Below are positions 24,488 to 37,224 of a stretch of 64,000 nucleotides of DNA, piece by piece. The notes beneath the pieces were generated by a model that saw nothing but the letters and a program-made list of their open reading frames with translations, did not search any database and had not been told where the DNA came from. This stretch comes from Gekko japonicus. Taxonomy: Eukaryota. The stretch lies in the NCBI RefSeq assembly GCF_001447785.1, contig NW_015165855.1, positions 616,338-680,337 of the forward strand. The letters are read 5' to 3'. Within the stretch, counting starts at the first letter, position 1, and the number at the start of each line of letters is the position of its first letter. The position numbers were made by a program, and so were the translations under genes.

Positions 24488-24779
24488 GAGAGCCAGTTTG
24501 GTGTAGTGGTTAAGTGTGTGGACTCTTATCTGGGAGAACCGGGTTTGATTCCCCACTCCTCCACTTGCATCTGCTGGATGACCTTGGGCAAGCCATAGTT
24601 CTGGCACAGCTGTTCTTGAAAAAGAGCAGTTTCTGTCAGAGCTCTCTCAGCCCCACCTCCCTCACAGGGTGTCTGTTGTGGGGAGGGGAAGGGAAAGGAG
24701 TTTGTAAGCCACTCTGAGACTCCCTTGGGTAGTGAAGGGCGGGGTATAAATCCAATCGTTTCTTCTTCTTCTTCTTCTT
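24488..24779 (+). mobile_element. Squam3-type tRNA SINE
   Basis: GAGAGCCAGTTTGGTGTAGTGGTTAAG head, GGTTTGATTCCC B box, (CTT)n tail. Confidence 0.8.
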
Positions 24780-25367
24780 TGGGGGCACCCATCACACCTA
24801 GTGCTACTCTTCCTAAAAATGAGATGTTTTCAACTGACAGCAAAAACAGGCTTCTCAGTTGCATGGAGAATGATATACACACCTACACTTGTACGCATGT
24901 AGACTGTATTCAGAACTTACAATGAATAAACACTTGTGTATGTTAGGGGTGGAGCTTGCCATTATGTTCCCAATTCCCCTGATAGAGTTATTAAAGAACT
25001 TGTTGACTCAAGTGTACTATCCCAACTTTTAGTACATGTCAGTTCAAGGTTGTTGTTTTTTTGGGGGGGGGTCTTTTTAATTTTAGAAGTTAATTAAAAA
25101 ACATACCCTCCCTATCGCCTAGTGGACAGGGGCACAAACTCAGACACATATCTATTCTGTGCATTATCTCTTTTATGGCTTTGATAAAATAGGCCTTTTT
25201 GGCCTAGTTAAGTTCATGCCCTGAACACACAATAAATTTATTAGCCTTAAGATGTTACAAGAAGACTTTTTTTTGGGGGGGGGGAAGCTCTGACCCTCTA
25301 GCTTTGCTGTATGATACACTACTACTAACATGCAAGTAAGCTGTTGTATCTATACATACACTTATTA

Positions 25368-25938
25368 GGCTCCGGTCACATGGGCTGGAAAATGCGGGGG
25401 GGAAGCATGGCTGTTTGCCCCGGAGCAAAATAATGCGCGGCTGCACAATCAGATGACCGGTTGAGGTCCCTCGAGGTCCCGTGGTTAGGGGGGAGGTGCT
25501 GATCACACCACAGGCAAGGAAGCGGGGTGGGGTGGCAAACGGGGTTGTGGTTTTTTTTTAAACTGAAGTGTGGGCATGCTCCGTTGGGTGCTTGTGCGCA
25601 TCCCATGGAGACTTGGGGGGGAACCTTTTTGCGAGGGGATATGCGCGGGCGATCAGACGCCCACCCTTGCCCCACGGTTTCCGGAAATCTGTTCTGAAGC
25701 AGCCCAGCAGCACAAAGACAATAGTGAAAGAAGCAGTACTTGCCTTCTGAGTATCCAACAATCCCCTTCATGCCTTTTGTCCATCTTGTACTAGTTATTT
25801 ACCCCGCATCTTCGGCGGGAAGCCTCAGGTGAGCCACGGGAGCTCTACGCTTCCCAGATGTGGCGCTGTGATCGCGCCCGGAAAATCCGCCTATCTTCCG
25901 TCTCTGTAGCGTGGCTAATGCTCCGTGTGACCGCAGCC
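25368..25938. mobile_element. PIF/Harbinger-like element, family 1, carrying a captured Pcdh fragment
   Basis: TIRs GGCTCCGGTCACATGG / CCGTGTGACCGCAGCC; TSD TTA; homologous to 12113-12902. Confidence 0.87.
25686..25788 (-). other. Exact 103-bp duplicate of the Pcdh exon 5' end (ATG plus signal peptide)
   Basis: Base-for-base identical to 23279-23381. Confidence 0.95.
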
Positions 25939-26540
25939 TTAGTTTGTTTTCCTTATCAGTATGCTGATTACGTTCCCTCCCAATCCATCTCACTATATCA
26001 GAGATCATCCAAAGATTCCTTCTGATTTTTGCTATCTCCAAAAAACAAGCTTGAACACAGAGACCACAGATATAGAACTCTTTCTTCCTCAAAGCCCAAG
26101 CATCTTCTGGCAATATTTTAATGGTTCTAGAAAACCTCAATAACAAGTTACCATGCAAGCAACAGAAGTGGTAGTGCACTGCATCAATGTGATTAAAGAA
26201 ATGATTTACATAAAGCAGGGAGCCTTTGCACCAGTACACTGTGAACATTAATAGAGATATGAGGAAGCTCATAGGGGCCTGTGTGGGAATGTAGCCCATT
26301 CTCTAGCATTATACATTTGTGAGCAAACCTATAAATATCACCTTTATTTTTATATTTATATAATTTATATTTATATAATTAATAATATATTATTTAATAA
26401 ATTAAATATATTGTTTAATAAATTTATTAATTTAATAAAAGTGCAATAGAAATCCAGACTGTTAGCATGAAGACAGGATTCAACCCATGACCAGATAAGA
26501 TGGATGAAAAATATCTTCAGCGTGTATTTGAACCTCATTA

Positions 26541-26886
26541 AAGGTAAAGGTTCCCTTCCTCGAAAGCCAGTCGAATCCGACTCTAGGGTTGCGGTGCTCA
26601 TCTCCGTTTCAAAGCCGAAGAGCCAGCGCTGTCCGAAGATGTTTCCGTGGTCATGTGGCCGGCATGGCTAAACACCAAGGCGCACGGAACGCTGTTACCT
26701 TCCCACCGAAGTGGTACCTATTTATCTACTTGCAATTTCTTGCTTTTGAACTGCTAGGTTGGCAGGAGCTGGAACTAGAGACGGGAGCTCACTCCGTCAT
26801 GCGGCAACCTGGGTCTCGAACTGCTGAACTACTGACCTTCCACAGCCTGCAGTTCAGCGTCTTAACCACTTGAGCCACCGCAGCTC
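26541..26886 (-). mobile_element. Sauria SINE, full length
   Basis: ACCTTT tail, tRNA-like head, TSD CCTCATTA. Confidence 0.9.
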
Positions 26887-27439
26887 CCTCATTATCTGTC
26901 TTCTATTTCCAGAGGTGACTGCAGATAACACGAGAAAAAAATTAAGGCCATGGGTATATTTTTGGATTCACTGACTATGCTCCCATTAGCAGGCACATTC
27001 CAGTTGATCAAACAGAGGATGTTGGATATTGAGTGTCAGGAGTTACATAGTCTCGCCAACAAAACCTGCTCTCCTTTGAGCTTTGAGATACCCCTCACTG
27101 TAGGTAGGATGGCTTCATATTTATTCTCCCTACAAGCACCACAACTACGCAGAGCTTTCTCTTTAGCCAGATGCAATGCCATGTCATGCCATCTGCCATT
27201 CTATATGTCTCTGACCCCAAGGACTCCTGCTGGTTGCTAGACCATTCCTGGCAATCTCTTTCCTTCAACTTCTACAAACTACATGATGATTCCTGGCAGC
27301 TGTTTTCTTGCAATGTTCCCCCCACTACCACCTTTCTCCCTCAGTCCCTCAGGAGAAAGGCAACTGTTCTTTACATCACACTAGGAAATAGGCCTGCTAG
27401 GAGACATAGATCCTAATATCAGATGTAGACTGGGTGATG

Positions 27440-27950
27440 TATTTATTTATTTATCAATTTAACTTTACCCCGCCCTCCCCGCCAAGGCCGGCTCAGGACG
27501 GCTTCCACAAACTGATGAACAATATACATTTTAGAAATGATAAAATACAGTAAATCATTTAAAACACAGACAAATCAATTTAAAACATAAATTCGGTGGC
27601 GCTAGAAATAAAGTGCAGTTTAAGGACACATTCAGCGGTGCCACCGCGCTAGGTCATGCTGGGTCTGAGTTCACTCAGGGCGCTGCTGGTAAGACGCCAC
27701 TCCTAACGGAATGCCTGCCTAAAAAGCTCTGTTTTCACGGCCCTGCAGAACTGTGAAAGGTCCCACAGGACCCCGATCTCGGCAGGAAGCTCGTTCCAAT
27801 AGGACGGAGCTACGAACGAGAAAGCCCTGGTCCTAGCTGCCATCAACCTGACTTCCTTTGGGCCAGGGAGGTCCAGGCAGTTTTGGGATCCTGATCGCAG
27901 TGCTCTCTGGGGAACATGCGGGGAAAGGTGGTCCCTCAGGTAGGCTGGTC
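27440..27950 (-). mobile_element. L2 LINE 3' fragment
   Basis: Homologous to 17705-18330 in tail and ORF2 end. Confidence 0.8.
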
Positions 27951-28059
27951 CTTACGTAATCCATAAGTAAAAGTCGAGTAGTTCTTGAAAACAGAAGTTT
28001 GAAAACTGAGTGAAGTGGCTCTTCATTAGATTTAAAACAATCTAAACAAAAATAGCTTT

Positions 28060-29110
28060 GTAAAATATTTTATGTAAAAAATGAAGGAAATAATTCTACA
28101 TAAATTATAGCTATCTGATATCTGCGACATACCATCTATTGAATACTGCCAATGCTCCGAAAATACTTCCCTACCAAAAACTTTGGCAAAAGGACTGCAA
28201 GAATGAACTAGACCAGAACTTTTGGAGGGAAGTATGGGAGACAAGACATCCATACCCATGTTCTATTCCGTTAGAATTACAGGATTTTAACATTTTAACG
28301 AGATGGTATCTGACCCCTCAACGTCTCTCTCACATACAACCAACGATTTCTCTTAAATGCTGGAAAAACTTTGACAAGATAGGCACATTTGCTCACTGTT
28401 GGTGGGAATGTGAAAAGATAGCAAAATTTTGGGATGAAATACAACAATTGGTATGTGAAACCATAGGGATTGAAATTCCATTGAATCCTGAAAATCTCTT
28501 TCTTAAACATTGGCCATTGTACATCGAAAAACATATTCACAAGCAGACCTTGGATGCCATGATTTATGCAGCTCGCACAGCGATTCCTACTTGTTGGAAA
28601 GATCCAAATCCCCCCACAATAAGGTTATGGTATCAAAAGATGTGGGCTCAATTCCTCATGGACTCTATGACTAACAAATTAAATAAGACAGCACATAAAC
28701 CAGTAGACAAACCTATAATGGAAAAATGGAACCCTAGTTTAGAATTCTTAGCCTCAGAAGATTTCTTGCCCTCTTCCTGGCAGCATTTTCAGAGATGGAT
28801 GTAAATGTTTTTGTGATACTGAAAACGAACTTATACTGTACTTTCTGTTTTATACATCTTGTACAAATTAGTGATAAAAACACTAGGCAAATATCTATAG
28901 GAAAAAAGGATAGCGAAATAAGAGTAGTACTTATGAGATCAGAGTGGAATGTATATTTTTTAACTGTGATACAAATTACTGTAATTTTTCAGACTTTTGA
29001 TGTTACACACTTTATTAATGGATCGATGTTACTGTTATTGTACATGATTCTTATGTAACTTATGTTATGACAAAATAAAAAGAAAAACTTTAAATAAAAA
29101 AATAAAATAA
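28060..29110 (+). mobile_element. L1 LINE 3' fragment
   Basis: ORF 28139-28804 contains RWYLTP, CWK...GTFAHCWWEC (ORF2 Cys-rich domain) and AAR..I...WK; AT-rich 3'UTR and A-rich tail to about 29110. Confidence 0.88.
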
Positions 29111-30199
29111 ATTATCGCTATTACTTATTTCAGTCTCATTCCCAGTGTGCTGAAATCCCCGGTCCTCTGGCCTCTTCCTCCACCTCTCTGCCTGAACTGA
29201 CTATAATACCTACCTACACCATCCCTCCCACTCCCAGCAATGACCTGGTGCTTGGACTGGACTGGATTCTAGTGGAAATGAAATGTACTTCTAGTCGGTT
29301 TCAGTTTTGGGGAAGGAAGAAGGCCTAGAATCATAGAGTTGGAAAGGACCTCTGGGATCATCTAGTCCAACCCCCAAGACATAGCTCTTGTCCACCTTAT
29401 CATGAGAGGGAGAAAGAGAAACATTTAGCCAGGAACAATGGAAGCTTGGCCTGGGTTTGCCTGCAATAGCACAATCCAATGACAATGCGGGGGGGGGGGG
29501 ACCCTAAAGTTTTTTTTAGCATAATAGTTTTGCAACCTTATGTGCATGAGGGGGTTCAGATAAAATTTACAGAAGCTAATCAGATGAACCACCATTAGAA
29601 CAAAACATTTATCTGAATACAATAAATAATTGTAAAGGGTAACTGTGGCCGAGTTCAGACTGGCAGTGTGAAGCAGGAGGGAGTAGTGGCAAAAAAAGAG
29701 CCTGAACAAACTGTTCCGGTTTTTCCCGTTCACACTGCAGCGACTGATGCGGGAGCATACCAGGAGGAGGCGCAAGGGAGCATTCACACCGTTGGCCCGG
29801 ATGCACGGGTGTAAGGCGCGGCTTTTTTTTTTTTTGTAATCTGGAGATATGCGCTTAGACATAGTCTTTGAAAGGAGAATGGAGTGAAGTGGTTATTATT
29901 CAGCACAGTGTGTGCCCAGATCCTATGGCTGATGGCTGTGGTTCTTATTGGTCATCACTCTAATTTATCATTTATTCTGTTCTTCTATCTGATATCCGAT
30001 AGACTTTGCTATGTCTGGGTCAACATTCAGTTTAAAATCCACACAAAATCATGGTTCACAAGGTAACTTTAGTCCTCATAATTTCTCAGGCTAAAGTACC
30101 TGACAGTGTTATTGTTTCAATAAAATGGAGTAAAGGAGAATTGTTTAAGTTAAAGACAGTAAACAGAAATACAATATTAATTGGTTATGTTTTCAGTTT

Positions 30200-30775
30200 A
30201 AAAAATGGGCAAAAAAGGAGTATATAATTAATGGAGTAACTGTACCTATGGCGCTGGAAACATTGTTTATAAACTTGTGGCCAGAAGAATCAATTCCAAA
30301 GGTCTGGTAAAAACTGATTGCCTTGCTTTTAATAGCAGCAAAAACAGCTACAGCTACAGTTTGGAAAAGAGTGGAGGTGCCTACGATGGGCTTGTGGCAC
30401 CGTAAGTTATGCAATATATACCTGATGGAAAAAAATCACTAATGAGGTGACTAAATATGAATCGCATGTTGTCTGGCTCTGACTTTGCTGAAATCCTTAA
30501 TTTCTGTTTTGTGTTTCCCCAGTGGGTGATCTGTATAGTTCATGGCTGGTGTATTGGGTGGTATATTGTAGTGACTGACAATGGAAAGTTTCAATTGTTT
30601 AGGTATTGTTGATTATGTTAGTTTGTGTAGTATAGTTTTAAGTAGTTTTATATTATTCTGCAATTTTTATTATATCTATTTAATAGTTTTGCTGTGTAAT
30701 AATTATTGCATAACATCTATATTGACTTGCATTATAATTTGTAAAATTTCAAAAAATGATAAATAAAAAAAACTA
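30200..30775 (+). mobile_element. L1 LINE 3' fragment, degenerate
   Basis: LLLIAAKTATATVWKRVEVPTMGLW...YLMEK ORF2 end; 3'UTR ending AAATAAAAAAA. Confidence 0.7.
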
Positions 30776-31343
30776 ATAGCTAGAAAAAAATGAGCAAATG
30801 AATATTTCTTCTAAATCCCTGCCCAAGGGCCAAGTATGCTTGACATAACCTTTTGCTGCATGATGAAAGATCGAGGGTGGCCCTGGTGGACCATTTAAGC
30901 CCTCCCTCCCTGCCCCCCAGTAGTGACACTCCTACATGCCCAGCATTGGAACAGATAAACACCTCCCCATGCATGGGGACACCTCCAAAACCTGCCCCTT
31001 CCCCCAACTCAGTGAAAGGTGGGATGGAGTGGCAATATGTTTGAACACAGCCTCTGAAAGGAGTCCCATCTTGGGGAAGCTGCCATAACGCAGTACCAAC
31101 TACCTTCGGGGTCCTGCATTATGCTTCCTCACCACTGATCGCTTAGATGTTGCACTTTCTACAATAACAATGATGCTATTTCCATATAGTATTAAAGAAC
31201 ATTGAATGTATGTTAACTGAATCTATTTAAAAATATTTTGGCACATCTGCTGATAAACATACTAGAAATTAAAAAAAAACCAGCCTGGACATGAAGAAAT
31301 TAAGAGCTTAATGCAACACATAAATCACATATTCTTCGCTTAC

Positions 31344-33751
31344 CTGGACAAAGGCCTGATTCCCAGTACCAATGTCTTCCACAATGAGGATGGGATCCTC
31401 TATCTGTTGATCAGTTAGTGCATTGGAATTATCTGCATTGGGAAATGTGCATTTGGTTTTCCTAGAGTCTGCGGTGAGTGAAATTTCTTGGCAATAAGAG
31501 TGAAGAAATGCTCGGACTCCATCAATACCCACAAACTGTGAAACTGGGACGCCACTGAAATTCATGCTTGCAGAATCACATAACTGAGAATTCCTCCATT
31601 TGTGAAGTCTGAGTGCCAGTAAAACAAGGAGGAAGGTGAAAAACAAGCAGGAGACAAAAGCCACAGCAACCACCAGGTAGAAGGTGAGGTCCGACTGGGG
31701 GTCTGCAGGAGCTGGGATGCTGCTAATATCAGAGAGGCTTTCAGGGATGCTGTCGGCCAGCACCACAGTGACTGTGACTGAGGCAGACAGAGGGGGCTGC
31801 CCATTGTCCTTCACTAAAACCACCAGGCTTTGCTTGAGAGCATCCTTGTCCAGAAGGAAACGGGCCGTCCTGATCTCCCCAGTGTGGAGTCCTATGGAGA
31901 AGAGCCCTGGCTCTGTGGCCTTGAGTAGCTGATAGGAGAGCCATCCATTCTGGCCAGAGTCTGCATCCACTGCCACCACCTTAGTGACCAGGTAGCCAGG
32001 CTCAGAAGAGTGGGGGGCCAACTCTACTCCAGTGGAGCCATCGATGGGGACAGAAGGGTACAAGATCTGGGGGGCATTGTCATTCTGATCTAAAATAAAG
32101 AGAGTCACTGAGATATTGGAGCTGAGTGGTGGGGAGCCTCCATCCCGAGCCTTGACCTGGAAATGTATCTCCACCAAGTCTTCATAATCGAAGGAATGCA
32201 GGGCATAGACTACCCCAGTCTCAGAATTAATGGAGAGATAGGAGGAGGAGAAGGAGTCATCCATCTGACTTTCTATGATGGAATAAGTTATTCTGGAGTT
32301 CTCCTCCCAATCTGGATCATCTGCCTTGAGTGAGAAAACAGACGATCCTCTTGGGTTGTTCTCCATCAGGTAGCAGGCATAGGTTGTTTCTGTAAAGAGG
32401 GGAGGATTGTCATTTGTGTCTAAAATCTGGAGTAAGAGTGTGCAGCTGGTTGAAAGTGGAGGCATCCCATGATCAGTGACGCCAATGATGATATTGTAAA
32501 ACGGCATATGCTCCCTGTCCAGAGCGCTCTCTGTCACCAGACTGTAGTAATTATTGTAAGTTTTCTCCAGCTGAAAAGGCAGGTTGGTGTCAATGGAACA
32601 AGAGACTTTCCCATTGGTTCCAGAATCTTGATCGTGTATCTTTAAAAGGGCGATGACTGTCCCTGCTGGTGAATCCTCAGACACTGAGTTGACTTGTGAA
32701 GTTACTTCTATCTGGGGTATGTTGTCATTCACATCAGTAACTGTTATCAGTACTTTGGCTCTGTCAAACAACCCTCCTCCATCCTTTGCTTGTACCTCAA
32801 ATTCATAAAGAGGCAATTCCTCATAGTCAAGGATCCCTGCTAATGTTATTTCACCTGTAGTGGAATTTAGGACGAACATTTGTGAAGCAGTCTCTCCAAT
32901 TTTTTTGAAGGAATAATTTAACTCTTTGTTAATTCTTCATCCTTATCAGTGGCGGTTACTGTGCAGACTGTGGATCCTGTCTGGAAATTCTCTTTGACAC
33001 TCACTTGATAGACAGATTGACTGAAAATTGGAGCATTGTCGTTTGCATCTAGAACACTGACTTGAATTTGAGCGGTTCCAGATCGGATTGGATCGCCCCC
33101 ATCAGATGCTATAAGGATTAGCTCATACTCTGACTGCTCCTCCCTGTCCAGAGAGCTTTCCAAAACCAGCTCTGCATGTCTGGCACCATTTTCTCCCATT
33201 TGAACAGCCAAAGCAAAATGGCTACTGCCAATGAGCTGGTAGTTCTGTATAGAATTTATGCCTAGGTCTGGATCTTGAGCTTCAGGCAGGGGGAATCGAG
33301 ATCCTGGAGCAGAAGTCTCACTGATAGTCAGTTCTTGTTCTCCGGGTGGGAAGTGGGGAGCATTATCATTTATATCTGTAATTTCCACTTCGACTGCATA
33401 CACTTTCATTTTATTTTCAACAATCACATCACACTTCAACAGACACTTCTGTGTTCTGCCACAGATCTCCTCTCTGTCTATTCTTTCTGCAGTGTATAAA
33501 CGGCCAGTTTCATAATTCCAAGCAAAATATTGGATCCTACCTCCACAACCAATGCGGACTTTGTTGCCTGTTTCCTTCATGTCCATTCCCAGGTCTACTG
33601 CAATATCCCCCACCAATGATTCTTTCTGCATTTCTTCAGGAATTGAGTACTGAATCTGTCCAGAAACCTCCAATATTGTAATCATCATGAAGAAAATCAA
33701 GCCTCTTCTGGCTGAATGCTGGGATCTTTTTCCCGTGCTCATCTTCCCCAT
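31344..33751 (-). pseudogene. PCDHGA: Protocadherin gamma-A-like variable exon with a 1-bp frameshift (pseudogene or sequence error)
   Basis: Split into ORFs 32918-33751 and 31308-32879. Restoring one G at 32935 gives DKDEGINKELNYSFKKIGETASQMF. gA motifs: LKQSLVVLVKD, SDLTFYLVVAVA, VGIDGVRAFL. Donor CAG|GTAAGC at 31344. Confidence 0.9.
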
Positions 33752-33920
33752 TTCACAAAGGCATTTGGATTTTATCTTCAGCCGTACGTTACCAAGAATG
33801 CCTGCAAATATTCTGCTGCAGATTGTCTCTCTTTGGTTTCATGCCGGATCAGTCAGTGAAAATCTGATCTGTCTGTTTTTGTATTTGAACAGCAAGGCAA
33901 GACTGGATGCATCTCTGAAC

Positions 33921-33963
33921 ATGGGTGAACAGCGGCACCCAGAGGATAAACCAAGTACTGCAG
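33921..33963 (-). promoter_or_regulatory. Pcdh CSE/CTCF element (CGCT retained)
   Basis: ATGGGTGAACAGCGGCACCCAGAGG...TACTGCAG, 170 bp from the ATG. Confidence 0.8.
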
Positions 33964-33991
33964 ACACTTTTAATCAAAATTCTAGTTTCAT

Positions 33992-35098
33992 TTGTTGTTG
34001 TTGTTGTTCAGTCGCACAGTCGAGTCCAACTCTTCGCGACCCCATGGATCATCTCCCGCCAGGCCCTCCTGTCTTCCGCCGTCCTCTGAAGTTGGCTCAA
34101 TTTTATATTCGTTGCATCGATGACACTGTCTAACCATCTCATCCTTTGCCGTCCCCATCTTCTTTGACCTTCAATCTTTCCCAGCATCAGGGTCTTCTCC
34201 AGGGAGTGCTCCCTTCTCATTTGGTGGCCAAAGTATTTGAGCTTCAGTTTCATTATCTGGCCTTCCAGGGAACAGTCAGGGTTGATTTCTTTTAGGATTG
34301 ACTGATTTGATCTTTTTGCAGTCCAAGGGACTCTCAAGAGTCTTCTCCAGCACCATAGTTCAAAAGAATCTATTCTTCGGCGCTCGGCCTTCCTTATAGT
34401 CCAACTCTCGCAGCCATACATGACTACTGGGAATACCATTGCTTTGACCATGCGGACTTTTGTTGGCAGGGTGATCTCTACTTTTTATCATGCTGTTTAG
34501 GTTCGCCATCGCTTTCCTCCCAAGGAGCAGGCGTCTTTTAATTTCATGGCTGCAGTCACAGTCTGCGGTGATCTGGGATCCCAGGAACGTGAAGTCTGTC
34601 ACTACTTCCACGACTTCCCCTTCTATTTGCCAAGGAGTGATGGGGCCGGATGCCATGATCTTAGTTTTTTTGATGTTGAGCTTCAAGCCCACTTTTGCGC
34701 TCTCCTCTTTTACTCTGAGCAAGAGGCTCTTTAGGTCCTCTTCACTTTCAGCCATTAGAGTGGTATCATCTGCATATCTGAGGTTGTTGATCTTTTCCAC
34801 AGCAATCTTAATTCCCGCCTGTGATTCATCCAGGCCAGCATTTCGCATGATGTACTCTGCATATATATTAAATAAGCAAGGTGACAATATACATCCTTGT
34901 CGTACTCCTTTTCCTATGCTGAACCAATCAGTTGTTCCATATCCGGTTCTAACTGTCGCTTCTTGGCCCTTATACAGGTTTCTCAAGAGACATGTGAGGT
35001 GGTCTGGTACTCCCATCTCTTTAAGGACCTGCCATAGTTTGTTGTGATCCACACAGTCAAAGGCTTTAGCATAGTCAATGAAGCAGAAGTAGACATTT
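33992..35098 (-). mobile_element. RTE-BovB LINE, 5'-truncated
   Basis: RT motifs GVRQGCILSP and LRYADD, then VMYGCESWTI...FELWCWRRLLRVPWTA; (CAA)n tail; near-perfect TSD TTCTRGTTTCAT. Confidence 0.95.
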
Positions 35099-36245
35099 TT
35101 CTGGTTTCATACCTCCCATTATAAAATACTTGTGTCTTTTTGGGATGAACACTTGATTCATGTCAAAATTATGTCATAAGTATTTCTGATTATTGTTGTA
35201 CTAAAATAACTGTGTAATGAAGAGGCACCGTTTTTCACTGATCCTGTAAACAGATGGAATATGGTGCAAATGCTTACATCATTTAAATGTTATCCCACCT
35301 GTCTGGATCTGCTCACAGAAAACAGGCTGTCATGTGAATCAGGCAAGGTTATGTAGTGTAGTACCCAGGAGGGACTTACTAGTAGTACATAAGTTTTGAA
35401 CAAATCAGGGCAAAATGCATAATGTTAAGTAACAAAACTTACACAGAGAAAACAAAACAAAAACATACATGCTAAATTAAATATAGCAAGAAAGTAAAGT
35501 ATACCTCTCACTTTTTCACCACCTGGCAGGCTAAAATCAAATCACACACTCTTGGGCACATAAAGAACCATGTCCTTCTTTATACCTTCCAAGAAACACA
35601 CAAATCAGGTAGTTCTGAAGAAACCCAAAATTATTTCATTTCAAATTTTAATAAAGAATTAGAAATGAGTCAGTGAACAAAGCAGAAAACCAAATGTCTA
35701 GCAGTATGCGGAGAGGATGCTTATGTAGCCACAGGGATGAATGGATGAGAAATGTACAAAACAAGCAAAGGAAAAAAAAGCATAGGAAAAGAAAACAATA
35801 ACTCAATATGCCATACTGAAAAATTAAACTTTATCCCTAGTAGGCTTGGCATTATACTTATTTATTTACTTCATTTCTACCACACCTTTCTCCCCAATAG
35901 GGACCCACTACCACAACACCACAAAATTCAGTTGTTCAAGAATACCCAAATTAATATTCATAATCAAAGAACCCTACCACTGACTTATTTCAATGCATAG
36001 TAAGATGCTTGACCAATTACTAAAATATTTTCCTACCAGCATTTAAACAAAATCAGGTTGATTTATTAGTGGCCAGCAAACAGCGAACTTTTCAAACAGT
36101 AAATTATGTCAGAATTGCCAGAGATTTAGAATTCCTTCCTCTTAATGATCCACTAGATCAGAAGGTGGTAATGATAAATCATGATTTCAGCATGATTTTG
36201 ACTACTCCCGATTTCACGATTCTATCATATGCTTTGGTTTACTGT

Positions 36246-36771
36246 GGGTGCATTCAGACGGCTCTTTAGATCTGCACCATGCACGAGTGCCTGGTGGATT
36301 TAAATGTAATTTCCAGACAGCAACATCTGGGAAACGTACCTCATCCGTGAGCATCCTGTTTTGCCACGCTTTGGAGCCGTATTAAAAAAAGTAAACTGGA
36401 GTTTTCAGTTCCTGACGGGCCATTCACAGACTTTCCCCCGTCTGATTGTTACAGCGCGCAATTAAAAAATGGCGCCCGTTCAGGATGGTCTGACGTCAGA
36501 CCATCCTGAACGGTCGCCATCTTAAAAAAAACTCTATTAAGCGCATGCGCGGAGAAACAAGGACGCAATTGTGCTTGCACAAACTTCCTTAAAAAAACCT
36601 CACTGTGCATGCCTCCTTCAGTGGATGCTGTCTGGACAATTCACAGTGGAGGCAGCGCACAGTAAGACAATTCACAAGGGGCTGTCTGGTCGTGCAATGA
36701 TGGATTTAAAAAATCAGGATCAAATTAGAGCCGGGATAATGGCAGGACTAGCTGCCCATCTGAACACACCC
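36246..36771. mobile_element. Harbinger-like non-autonomous element, family 2
   Basis: TIRs GGGTGCATTCAGACGG / CCATCTGAACACACCC; 3-bp TSD TGT; central perfect 38-bp palindrome at 36476-36513. Confidence 0.83.
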
Positions 36772-36799
36772 TGTCTCTTTGTTGTTGTTGTTCAGTCGC

Positions 36800-37167
36800 N
36801 NNNNNNNNNNNNNNNNNNNNNNNNNNNNNNNNNNNNNNNNNNNNNNNNNNNNNNNNNNNNNNNNNNNNNNNNNNNNNNNNNNNNNNNNNNNNNNNNNNNN
36901 NNNNNNNNNNNNNNNNNNNNNNNNNNNNNNNNNNNNNNNNNNNNNNNNNNNNNNNNNNNNNNNNNNNNNNNNNNNNNNNNNNNNNNNNNNNNNNNNNNNN
37001 NNNNNNNNNNNNNNNNNNNNNNNNNNNNNNNNNNNNNNNNNNNNNNNNNNNNNNNNNNNNNNNNNNNNNNNNNNNNNNNNNNNNNNNNNNNNNNNNNNNN
37101 NNNNNNNNNNNNNNNNNNNNNNNNNNNNNNNNNNNNNNNNNNNNNNNNNNNNNNNNNNNNNNNNNNN
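36800..37167. other. Assembly gap (368 N), probably a BovB insertion
   Basis: N run preceded by GTTGTTGTTGTTCAGTCGC, identical to the BovB tail at about 33997-34015. Confidence 0.9.
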
Positions 37168-37224
37168 GGGAAAACATATTTTACCTATTTTAAAACAGCT
37201 ACATTGGCTGTTGCTTTCAACGTA

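Noticed and set aside
26345-26440. Extremely AT-rich quasi-palindromic tract
   Set aside because: Low complexity; symmetry expected by chance.
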